Assembly (NCBI GenBank): GCA_000004695.1
Contig: CM000151.3
Coordinates: 3,552,001 to 3,616,000 of the forward strand
Length of the DNA: 64,000 bases
Source: Dictyostelium discoideum
Lineage: Eukaryota
Reading direction: 5' to 3'
In this document: piece after piece, positions 27,740 to 38,839 of the stretch
Numbering within the stretch: position 1 is the stretch's first letter
Layout of the letters: each line of letters opens with the position of its first letter
Program-made: the position numbers and the translations under genes
The notes under the pieces: model-generated
Seen by the model: the letters and a program-made list of their open reading frames with translations, nothing else
What the model was told of the DNA's origin: nothing
The model's database searches: none

Positions 27740-28384
27740 GTGTTGATACAAGTTCAACTGCTTTAGAATCAATGGTATTGATGTTAACAAATTATCCAGA
27801 AATTCAAGAAAAAGCATTTGATGAAATAAAGACAGTTGTAAATGGTAGAAGTAAAGTTAATTTATCAGATAGACAATCAACACCTTATTTAGTTGCTGTA
27901 ATAAAAGAAACATTAAGATATAAACCAATGTCACCATTTGGTTTACCAAGATCTTCATCAAAGGATTGTATGATTGGTGGTCATTTCATTCCAAAGAATG
28001 CACAAATTTTAATTAATTATCAAGCACTTGGAATGAATGAAGAATATTATGAAAATCCAGAACAATTTGATCCATCAAGATTTTTAAAAGTTGAATCAAA
28101 TGTTGCATTTTTACCATTTAGTATTGGTATTAGAAGTTGTGTGTATGTATAATTAATTTTTAAAAAAAATTAAAAAATAAACAATTAATTAATCAATTAA
28201 ATTATTTTTTTATAGGGGTCAAAGTTTTGCTCAAGATGAGCTATACATTTGTATTTCAAATATTCTTTTAAATTTTAAATTAAAATCAATTGACGGTAAA
28301 AAGATTGATGAAACTGAGGAATATGGCCTCACACTAAAAACTAAAAATAGATTCAATGTAACTCTTGAAAAAAGAATTATCTAA
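26372..28384 (+). CDS. Cytochrome P450 (array copy 2); 5 exons (26372-26428, 26567-26812, 27072-27651, 27740-28142, 28216-28384)
   Basis: Exon 1 reads [19 protein letters not shown] with a gtaagt donor. Exon 2 reads [27 protein letters not shown]...DRVKKP with a gtatgt donor. Exon 3 reads [10 protein letters not shown]...FFLAG with a gtttgt donor. Exon 4 reads (G)[26 protein letters not shown] with a gtatgt donor. Exon 5 reads (V)GSKFAQDELY...EKRII with a stop. All phases verified by hand. Confidence 0.8.
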
Positions 28385-28419
28385 TTTTTATATTTATTTA
28401 AATAATTATAATAATAATA

Positions 28420-28465
<46 letters not shown>

Positions 28466-28567
28466 AATTTAAAAAAAAACTATTTAACTTCAAAAACAAA
28501 AAAAAGGATTCATTGTGACTCAAAAAAGAAATAACAAATTTTTTAATATATTTTTTAAATAATTAAA

Positions 28568-28600
<33 letters not shown>

Positions 28601-28949
28601 AATTAAAAATATAAAATTAATAAAAATACTAGTTAACGCGATAACCTTATTTTTATTGGTTTGATATTTAACTTTATTATTCAAGAATTTCATTTTTTAC
28701 TTTCAAATTTAATAAAGATTTTTTTTTATTTTTTTTTAAAAAAGAGGGTTGGTTTTTTTTTTTTTTTTCAATTTGAAAAGAATCTTTACTTTTGAAGATA
28801 TTTATAAATTACTATAATTAATTTTTATTTTTTTTAATTTTATTTTTTTATTTTTTTTTGGCATATTTTATGGTTTTTTTTTTTGATTTTATAATTAAAT
28901 TTTTTTTTTTTTTTTTTTTTTTAATTTCATAAAATCAATTTTTAAAAAA

Positions 28950-30749
28950 ATGATATTTGGCATCATTGTGTATCTATTTTTAATTTATATTTTACATAAT
29001 GCTGTAAGTATTTTTTTATTATTTTTTCTTTTTTTTATTTTCTAAAAAATTTAAAAAACATGTTAGTCTACCAAAAAAAAAAAAAAAAAAAAATAAAAAA
29101 AAAAAAATAAAAATAAAAGTATTCAAAATATAAAAGATTAAATGAAAATCAATTACCAGGTCCTTTTCCAATTCCTATATTGGGCAACATTTATCAGTTA
29201 ACCAATTTACCTCATTTTGATTTAACAAAGATGAGTGAAAAATATGGTAAAATCTTTAGAATTTATTTAGCAGACTTATATACAGTTATTGTTTGTGATC
29301 CAATAATTGCAAGAGAGCTATTTGTTGACAAGTTTGACAATTTCATTGACAGACCAAAAATACCAGTATGTAAAATTTTTTTTTTTTTTATAATAGTTTT
29401 TATTTCTTTTTTTTTTAATAATAATAAATAAGATTAATTAATTAAATAAATAAAATAAAATAAATAGTCAGTAAAACATGGAACATTTTATCATGGTACA
29501 GTAGCATCAATGGGTGATAATTGGAAAAATAATAAAGAGATTGTTGGTAAGGCAATGAGAAAGACCAATTTAAAACATATTTATCAATTATTGGATGATC
29601 AAGTTGATGTATTAATTGAATCGATGAGAACCATTGAATCCAGTGGTGAAACATTTGATCCACGTTATTATTTAACCAAATTTACAATGTCAGCAATGTT
29701 TAAATATATTTTCAATGAAGATATTTCCAAAGATGAAGATGTGCATAATGGTCAATTAGCACAATTAATGAAACCAATGCAAAAGGTATTCAAAGATTTC
29801 GGTACTGGTAGTTTATTTGATGTTTTAGAGATAACAAGACCATTGTATTTCTTATATTTAGAATGGTTTACAAGTCATTATTATCAAGTTATTAATTTTG
29901 GTAAAATGAAAATTTATAAACATTTAGAAACTTACAAACCAGATGTTCAAAGAGACTTAATGGATCTATTGATTAAAGAATATGGTACAGAAACTGATGA
30001 TCAAATTTTATCAATCTCTGCAACAGTTAGTGATTTCTTTTTAGCTGGTGTTGATACTTCTGCAACTTCTTTAGAATTAATTGTAATGATGTTAATTAAT
30101 TATCCAGAATATCAAGAGAAAGCTTATAATGAAATTAAATCAGCATTATCATCAAATGGTGGCGGTGGTGGTGGTGGTTTAACTCAGAGAAATAAAGTTT
30201 TGTTATCAGATAGACAATCAACACCATTTGTTGTATCATTATTTAAAGAAACATTAAGATATAAACCAATATCACCATTTGGTTTACCAAGATCAACTAC
30301 CTCTGATATCATTTTAAATAATGGTCAATTTATTCCAAAGAATGCTCAAATTTTAATTAATTATCATGCATTATCTAGAAATGAAGAATATTTTGAAAAT
30401 CCAAATCAATTTGATCCAACTAGATTTTTAAATTCTGATTCAAATCCAGCTTTCATGCCATTTAGTATTGGTCCAAGAAATTGCGTGTAATGTATCTAAA
30501 TTATATTCTCACTCAATTACTTAATTGATTTGAGTATTATCATGTATATATTTTCAGATATTAATTTTTTATTTTTAATAATTTAGTGGAAGTAATTTTG
30601 CCCAAGATGAAATTTATATTGCATTATCAAATATGATATTAAATTTCAAATTTAAATCAATTGATGGTAAACCAGTTGATGAAACTCAAACTTATGGTTT
30701 AACATTAAAACCAAACCCATTCAAAGTAATTCTTGAAAAAAGAAAATAA
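28950..30749 (+). CDS. Cytochrome P450 (array copy 3); 4 exons (28950-29003, 29120-29365, 29468-30486, 30587-30749)
   Basis: Exon 1 reads [18 protein letters not shown] with a gtaagt donor. Exon 2 reads [27 protein letters not shown]...DRPKIP with a gtatgt donor. Exon 3 runs [10 protein letters not shown]... through [12 protein letters not shown] (no intron at the LAG|VD position). It contains a (Gly)8 insertion, [12 protein letters not shown] and PFSIGPRNC, with a gtaatg donor. Exon 4 reads (V)[10 protein letters not shown]...EKRK with a stop. Confidence 0.8.
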
Positions 30750-30852
30750 AAAAAATAAATAAATAAATAAATAAATAAAAATATATTTATTAATTTAAAA
30801 GTACAAAACATATTTTTTATTTATTGTTTTATTATTATTATTTTAAAATTTA

Positions 30853-32506
30853 TTATTTTGTCCCCATAATAATTTTAACTTTTGGTGGAAATGGTACTTT
30901 ATCTTCAAATTTATAATTAATTAAATGAATTGTTTTTAAAGATGATGGGAAATTTTTAATTGGGTGGATAATGTTATCAAGATAAAGAGTTTCAAGTTGA
31001 TCAGGTAATTCAATTGATTCATTATTGAATTGATTATGAAGGTATAATATTTTAATTGAGCTTGGTATTGACAATGCTTGTCTTTTAATATCATATAAAT
31101 GTAATTCTTGAATTGATGATGGTAAAACACCATATCCTAATGATTTTGAAAATCCATCATGTATATGAAGACATTTTACATTCTTACCAATTGATTCAGT
31201 TGTTAATGGTTCATTAATTCTATAAAAGTGAACTGTTTTAGCTGAATCTGGTATAACATTCTTTGTGAATTTAATTTTACAATTATCATGAAAATGAATT
31301 TCATTAACTGAACTGCATTGAATATAGAATGCATGTGATTTTTTAATATCACCAATGTGTAGTACTTTAATTGATTTTGGAACAGAGTATACCAATTCTT
31401 TAAATCCATCTAATAATATTAATGTGTCAACTGAATTTGGTAAATTACCTTTAACAATTGGCCATGTATCTGCATAATCTCCATCAATCGATACACTCTT
31501 AACACCTGATTCAACTTTACCAATTACATATTTATTACTATTATTTTTAAAAATTTCAATTGATGCTACTTTTTTAATTTCAACCGGTGTAATTTTATCC
31601 AATGAAATTGTTGTTGTTGTGGTTGTTGTGGTGGTTGTATTTCTATTATCATACATTGTTGTTGAGTCTGGTAATGGAGCAGTTGGAATTGGTTGATAAT
31701 AAATTGGAGAACTCAAATTTGGTGTTGATAATGCTGATGATGATGAAATTATTGATTCTAAATAATTTATTTTTTCTAATAAAAATGAGGTGGTTTTTTG
31801 ATTACTGATATCTAATTGTTGGATTTTATCATATAATTTATTGAGTATTGGCGATAATGCAATGTAATGACAATTTGATTCATGTGATTGCAATTCTTTA
31901 ATTGGACCAACCCATGAACACATTAATGAACTTGCATTACATTTAACTGATTTTGAAGTACATTCATTTGAGTGTAATTTTAATTGTTCTCTTGTAAATT
32001 GTTGATTACAATCAATACATATTACTTTACAAATTCTTTCAAAATGATTTCTATATTCACAACGACGAATTAATTGATTTCTATCACTATTACTATTGAA
32101 TTCACAACCATCTGTATTGCAATAAACTAATAAACTATCTAATGTATTTGTTACAAATTTTGGTGGTAAACTAACTGATTTTATATTAAATGATTGTTGG
32201 CAATATGGACATCCTTTTTGACCTTTTTCAATAGACCAATTTGTTAAACAATCTTTACAAAACTAAAAAACATTTTTAAAAAAAAAAAAAAAAATTATTA
32301 AAATTACATTCATTACATTATTTTTTTTTAAAATTATAATAGTTTACCATTTGTCTGCAATTTGGTTCGACTACTGGTTCCAAAAGTGGTAATAAGCAAA
32401 TCATACATTCTAACTCTTTATCAATTTCAATTGGTTCTTTATAATTGTAAGTGATAGTTTGTAAATTTTTAATTTCATTACCATTTATTTCATAATTAAT
32501 TGCCAT
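30853..32506 (-). CDS. FNIP-repeat protein with N-terminal RING-type and TRAF-type zinc fingers (about 522 aa); 2 exons (32506-32348, 32262-30853)
   Basis: Exon 1 reads MAINYEINGNEIKNLQTITYNYKEPIEIDKELECMICLLPLLEPVVEPNCRQM with a gtaaac donor. Exon 2 begins FCKDCLTNWSIEKGQKGCPYCQQ... (RING-like C-x2-C...C-x-Q-x-FC-x2-C...C-x2-C, with Gln where the RING His normally sits). Then comes a TRAF-type Cys/His finger (CEYRNHFERICKV..C..C...H..C). The long ORF 30853..31923 carries repeated ...SIK(V/I)LH(I/L)...F..S...LP.S(I/L)..L.L motifs typical of Dictyostelium FNIP repeats. Confidence 0.7.
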
Positions 32507-32649
32507 TTTTTTTTTTTTTTTTAACTCTGAAAATAAAAAAAAAAAACAAATCAAAAAAAAAAAAAAAAAACAAATCACAAAAAAAAAAAAAAAAAAAGAA
32601 TTAAAAAAATTAAAATTAAGATATTTTTATTTGATTTCAAAGAAAATTA

Positions 32650-33080
32650 TTATGTATAATTATTTTTTCTTTTTTTAAATACAAGAATAATGTTTATTAT
32701 AGATAAAATTATCAAAACAACCAAAAAAATAATTATTGCTATCATGAAATGAGTAGTGGATTTATTACAATCACAAGTTGGGCATTTAATATTATCATTA
32801 TTACTACTATCACTATTATGATGACTATTTTCGCTACCATTTCTACTACCATTATCACTTGTAGTATTATTATTATTTTGGCTACCACTACTATTATTAT
32901 TTATACATTCACCTGCCATACATGTCATTGGAATTACTGGTAACATTTGGTTAATAACATTTTGGCTAAAAACACAATTATTACTATTACTACAATTAAA
33001 AAAAGCATCTCCTTCAACAGCTGATATTAAACCATCAAGGATAAATCCACAATAGGTCGTGCAATTACATGTATGTAATT
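32650..33080 (-). CDS. Cys-rich, Asn/Ser-rich segment ending in a single transmembrane helix. Either a small separate gene (M at 32946) or a further 3' exon of the upstream GDPD gene
   Basis: ORF 32650..32946 reads MLPVIPMTCMAGECINNN...KCPTCDCNKSTTHFMIAIIIFLVVLIILSIINIILVFKKRKNNYT. The frame stays open a further about 45 codons upstream (ELHTCNCTTYCGFILDGLISAVEGDAFFNCSNSNNCVFSQNVINQ) to an acceptor-like ttttaaag at about 33081. There is no ATG between there and the GDPD stop at 33213. A weak gttttt donor directly after ..KTVI(G) in the GDPD last exon would splice in phase (phase 1 to phase 1). That would append this segment as a C-terminal membrane anchor. Confidence 0.4.
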
Positions 33081-33212
33081 CTTTAAAATATTAATATTTT
33101 AAAGAAAATATTAATATTTTTTAAAAAAAAAAAAAAATACTTTTTTTTTTTTTATTTATTTATTTTATTACCTTTTTTTTTTATATATATTTATGTATAT
33201 GTTATTTTTTTT

Positions 33213-34044
33213 TCAAAAACCAATAACGGTTTTATTTAACTTTGTAATATTATCAGCTATGATTCCATCAACACCCAATTCTTTTTGAATTTTTACATTA
33301 ACAGGATCAACACTGGAAAAAAAAAAATAAATGTTAATATCTTTTTATAGATAAATTAAAAAATTAAAAAATTAAAATAAAATAATATAAAAAAACTTAC
33401 TTTTTACTACCATAAGTGAATAATAATAAATTATCACTATGAATTAAATTTACAAAAGAATGATTATTTAAAATTGTTTGACTATCACAAACAATACCAT
33501 CCAAATTTACAGTTTTAACAAAAGATATTGCATTTGTAATGCTATTACCTCTATTATCATTAATATTTACATCTGGGTCGAATTCTTCAAAGAATGTTGG
33601 TGTATCACAACAAACTAAAAATAAAACTGGATATCTAAATTGTTTAGTTCTTAATAAAATTGCGATATCTGGATCAAATGTTAAAAATGCAATTCTTCTA
33701 TCATTTGTTTCATTAAAAACAATCTATTTTTAAAATTAAAAAAAAAAAAATAATAAAAATAAAAATAATTAATTTTTTAAATTTATATAAATTAAAGGGA
33801 GAGATTAAGATTTAAAAAATTACATACATTTAAAATTATATCAATAAATTCATTTCTTTCAGGTGCTTTAAACTTACGTAAATTTTGCATTGCTAAATTT
33901 GGATATTTAATTTCAATCATAAAACCAATTTCTTGTGGTACTAAATGAAAAGCATCTTGAAGTGTTGAAAAACGATCATGAATGATACTAGATGGTCTAA
34001 TTGTATTATTATTTTTATTATTATTATTATTATTATTATCATTA

Positions 34045-34100
<56 letters not shown>

Positions 34101-35927
34101 GTTGTTATTATTATCACTGACAACCAAATTACTATTACATTGTGTAACATTTTCTAAAAATGAGGAAGGATCAAATGAAGTTGAAGATGGACAACTTGAT
34201 AATGATAATAGATCACTTGTACTCTTTGAAATACGTAATGATTTTAATCTTTTCAATTTTTGACTAATTAAATCACTTTTGTTTGTTGTCGGTTTCACCT
34301 TTAAAAATTGTTCCAATGTTAAACGATTGATTGTCTCTTTCATTGTGAAACCTTCATTTGTTTCAATTTCAATTTCATAATCATGGAAAATCACTGGTAC
34401 ACCATCAAAGGTTAATTGTAAATCGAATTCCACCATTTTAGCTCCAAATTGAGCCGCTGTTAAAAATGATAAAATTGTATTCTCTGTGACAGCGTTTGCA
34501 TTGATACCAAAATTGTTCTTACCATTACCACGATGTCCAATTAATGTTTGAGGTTGTTCAACGAATGAATGCCAAAGATTTGATAGTGAATTTTGAGGAT
34601 GAGAAAATGGTGTCACCACTAAATAGTTGCAACGAAATTCACCAATTGGGAAATACTTCTCCCCAATTATTGGAGTATATAACTTACCCCATAAATCTGT
34701 CGAAACTTGATTAGAACAAATATATGATTTACCTAAAACTTTATAACCATTTGGTGATGATGGATATGATGTTGGAGATGATGCACCATTACTACCAATA
34801 TTACTATTGGCTGTGGCGGTGGTGGTAGTGGTAGTAGTAGTAGTTGTATTGTTGGTAGTGGTGGTAATTGGTAAATTCAAACCATCTTTTAATAATAAAG
34901 TTACACTAAAACTAAAAGAAGATAATGAATGAGTATGTAATACCAATTCGGTGAAACCAGTCATTGGTAAATGAAAATCTTGTGATAAACCAAATGGATC
35001 ATGTAAACGAAGTACCAATTGATTTTGTTCAATTAGATGATCATATAGATGAACTGGTGATTGATTATCGTCACATTGTAATTGAATACGTAATTGATAT
35101 TCATCCTCTGGTAACCAACCTCTACCAATCCATGGTTTTGAACCAGACTCTAATACTCCAAATAACCCATCATTAACAAACATATCAATACCTTCAATTG
35201 ATAATGTTCTACTCAATCCCTTACTTGCTTCCCATTCAACTAAATTTGATTTACTTGTAATTGATGACGATGACGATGATGTTGATGTGATTGATGATGT
35301 TGACCCATTGCTATTAATTAATTGATTTCTGTGATGATGATGATGATGATGATTATTTTGATTTTGATGATTACTATTATTACTATTTGATTTAATGATA
35401 TATTTATAATTGATTCTAGTTGCTTTTGGGAATGATAAAATTATAGTCCAAATTAAATGAGTATCTGTACATTCGGAATTAACCATTTGAGGTGCATCCT
35501 TTGATTTCCAATTTCCAATCTCTGCACTATCACCAATGATTGCTAAAACATTATTCTCTCTAACGTATCCAATTGGTGTTTCAACTTTAAATGTTACTCT
35601 TGTTAATAATACTTCATGTGGTAATATATTCCTACTTCTTTTGACTTCACAAGAATCTCCACCACCATCTCCTCCAATTAATGGTGTTGATGTTGTTGTT
35701 GTTGTTGTACTACTATTATTAATATTACTGCCTTTATTACTATTATTATTATTATTATTATTATTACTAGAAAATGATATATTATCATCATTATGGTGGT
35801 GGTTTCCAAAATTATTTATTTCATTATTATTATTATTACTATTACTATTACTATTACTGCTGCTACTGTTGTCGATGTTATCCTCTTTTAATTTTTTAAT
35901 TTTTGTTATTGGAGATGAAATTACCAT
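33213..35927 (-). CDS. Glycerophosphodiester phosphodiesterase with an N-terminal CBM20 starch-binding domain (GDE5/GPCPD1-like architecture); at least 3 exons (35927-33828, about 33723-33401, about 33312-33213)
   Basis: The long ORF 33792..35927 contains a CBM20-like block (…EVLLTRVTFKVETPIGYVRENNVLAIIGDSAEIGNWKSKDAPQMVNSECTDTHLIWTIILSFP..). It also contains the GDPD catalytic start HRGNGKNNFGINANAVTENTILSFLTAAQFGAKMVEFDLQLTFDGVPVIFHDYEIEI. Poly-N/H/T/S tracts lie between them. A GTATGT donor follows ..IDIILN. Exon 2 (IVFNETNDRRIAFLTFDPDIAILL…TYGSK) and exon 3 (NVDPVNVKIQKELGVDGIIADNITKLNKTVIGF, stop) complete the GDPD fold (GVDGIITD signature). The coding sequence includes long (AAT/ATT)n runs encoding poly-Asn. 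Confidence 0.75.
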
Positions 35928-36478
35928 ATTTAAAGTTTTTTTTTTTTTTTTAAAGGTTTGTGAAATTATTATTATTATGTATGTTATAGTTTTGGTATTA
36001 TATTATTAATAATTTTTTTTTTTTTTTTTTAATGTACAATTTTAATTATATGAAAGGAAGAAAAAATAAAAAAAATAAAAAAAAAAACAAAAAAAAAAAA
36101 AAATGGAAAATTATAATTTAATTTTGAGGGTTTTGTTGTTATTATAAATAAAAAATTAAAAAAAAAAAAAAAAACTGAAACTAAACCGAGTTGTTGTTTA
36201 TTTTTGAGAGAAAAAAGTAAAAAAAAAAATTAAAAAAAAAAAAAAAAAAAAAAAGATATTTTTTAATAATATGGTGTTAGATTACTATTATAAAGAACCA
36301 ACAGTCACGCCTGTTTGCAAATATGTCATAATTTAATTTAATTTATTTTTTTTGAATTTTTTTCTTTTTTTTTTTTTTTAGAATTTTCAACCTTTAGAAA
36401 AAAAATCTTTTATTTTTTTTTTTAATTTTTTTTTTTTTTTTCTTTAGATTTCTTTTTCCTTTTTTCCAACTTATTTGA

Positions 36479-36492
36479 CCACGAGCTCGTGG
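36479..36492. promoter_or_regulatory. Perfect 14-bp GC-rich palindrome ccacgagctcgtgg, followed by gggttcgaaatgcccatactcg, in the divergent intergenic region between the GDPD gene (-) and the large RING-H2 gene (+)
   Basis: Seen directly in the sequence. It is the only GC-rich island in a 1.4-kb spacer that is about 85% AT. The function (shared promoter element, small RNA, or tRNA-derived remnant) is unknown. Confidence 0.25.
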
Positions 36493-37045
36493 GTTCGAAA
36501 TGCCCATACTCGTTTAATTTGGATAATTTTCGGGTTTGTGTGTGAAAAAAACAATATACATATAATGAATAGTAATAATAATAATAATAATATTTACCTT
36601 TTTCCATTTTTTTTTTAAAAAAAAAAAACTTATTGAATTTAAATAAATAAAAATTTATACATACAAAGTTTAAAAAAAAAAAAAAAAAACAATTTTTTTT
36701 TTTTAATTATTCATAATTTTTTTTTATTAAAAAAAAAAATAAATAAAAAAAAAAAAAATTAAAAAAAATAAAATTTAAATTGATTCGCCACACAGGTAGT
36801 ATATTTTTAAAAGAAATATTTTTTAATTTAAAAATGAATAAAATGTGATTTCTTTTTTTTTGTTTTATTTTTTATTTTTTTTTTTGTTGTGCACTTAAAA
36901 AAAAAAAAAAATTAATTAAATTAATTTTTTAAAAAAAAAAATAAATAAAATAACATAAAATTTAGGTGTAACAAAAAAAATTTTGCTTTTTTGATTTTTT
37001 CAAATATTTCATTATTTATTTGAATATGAAATTTTAAATCTTAAG

Positions 37046-37077
<32 letters not shown>

Positions 37078-37327
37078 ATGCATTTTTTTAAAAAGAAAAA
37101 GAAAAAGAAAAATATGAAAATAAAAAAATAAAAAAAAAATCTTTTTCAAAACAAAAAAAAAATAAAAAAAAATAAAAAAAAAAAAAAAATAAAAAAAAAA
37201 TTCAATTTTTTTATTTATTGTCATTGTTATTTTATTTGTACCATTTATTTATTTTACTTTTTATTTATAAACAAAAAAATACATTAAAATTATTTAAACA
37301 ATAAATTGAAAAAAAAAAAAAAAATAA

Positions 37328-38803
37328 ATGACCAATGAAGAGGAACAACAAACAACAAATCAACAACAACAGCAACCAACACCACAATTAGTTATAAATG
37401 ATTTAGATAGTATATTATCACCAATAGGTGGTGGTGGTAGAGTAAAGTATACATGTTTAGATGTTTCAAAAAGATATTTAGCATTGGGTGCAAATACTGG
37501 TAGTTTATATTTCTTTGAAAGGAAATCAATGTCATCAATAATTCCAAAGAATAAAAATCAAGATAATCAACAACAACTACAACCACAACTACAACAACCA
37601 CAATCATATTTATTACCAACAGTTAAAATATTTACAAATGAAAATTTATCATTCACACAAATTTTATCATTAAATGATATAAGGGATCAAATTTCAATTA
37701 TAAAGATAAATCCATGTAATGATAATTTAGTAGCGATTGCAACACATAAGACCATATTCATCATTGAACCGAATATATCAATTCGTAGAGAGAAAGAGAA
37801 AGTATTGGTCAAGATGACAGATCATCCAAAAGATGCAGAAATTACAACATTGATATGGAGTCATTGCGGTGGTTATTTATTTAGTGGCGATGATTTGGGT
37901 AACCTTTATTGTTGTTCCGTCACAAAAGCTAGAAAATCATTCTTTTTCTCTGCTGACCTAGTTTATAAATGTGATTCAAAACTTGTACAATTGGATATAA
38001 TACCATCGATACCAACAATAACAAATACACAACTACACCAGGATATTCAATTAACCACAAACTCAAATTCAAATTCGAATAATTCGTCATTAAATAATCA
38101 TCATCAACAACAACAAAATATTGTACATACTATACCAATAACAAATTCAATACCACCAGTAAACTCAATCACTATTTCAATATTAGCAAGCACATTAACC
38201 AAATCGATAGTTGTAAATTTTCAAATACTAACAGCTACCAATGTTGGTAAAGTATTGAGTATCATTCAAATTGGTAAGAAACAACGTGAGAATACTAAAC
38301 AGGGTGCTTGTTTTCACCCATTTTATAAATCCTCTGTTTACACATCAAGACCTGGCAAAAGATTATGGTTAGCCGATCCAATTGATGGTCGTGTTTTATC
38401 GACTATGAATTTCACACCATCCTCAACCACAAACGAAGATGGTACTACAAATCCAATACCAAATATAATATTGAAACCAAAACCATTAATATCTTCAAAT
38501 TCATCCAATGATGCAAATACTTATCTCACTGGTAAATTCCCAATGATATTCTCAAAGTTATTACCATTTGGTAATTACTTAATATCATATGATGAATTAT
38601 CATTACTCTTAATCGATGTTAATGAAGTTGAAGTTTTAGAATGGAAATTAGATACAAATCAAATTCATGACTTGGTTGTTTATCATGATTCAATCTATGC
38701 ATTACATGGTCAAAATCATTCTATCTCTAGAATTTTCACTTCAATTCCTTTAGAAATTTTACCAACTCCTCAAGAATTACAAGAACAATCTGATCAATTA
38801 CAA

Positions 38804-38839
<36 letters not shown>

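Noticed and set aside
33982-34263. Plus-strand poly-Leu ORF inside the GDPD gene
   Set aside because: It is the antisense of the (AAT)n poly-Asn coding tract of the minus-strand GDPD gene.
36479-36530. Possible tRNA gene (GGTTCGAA T-loop-like string)
   Set aside because: I could not fold an acceptor stem, D-arm or anticodon arm around it. I kept it only as a low-confidence regulatory or relic feature.
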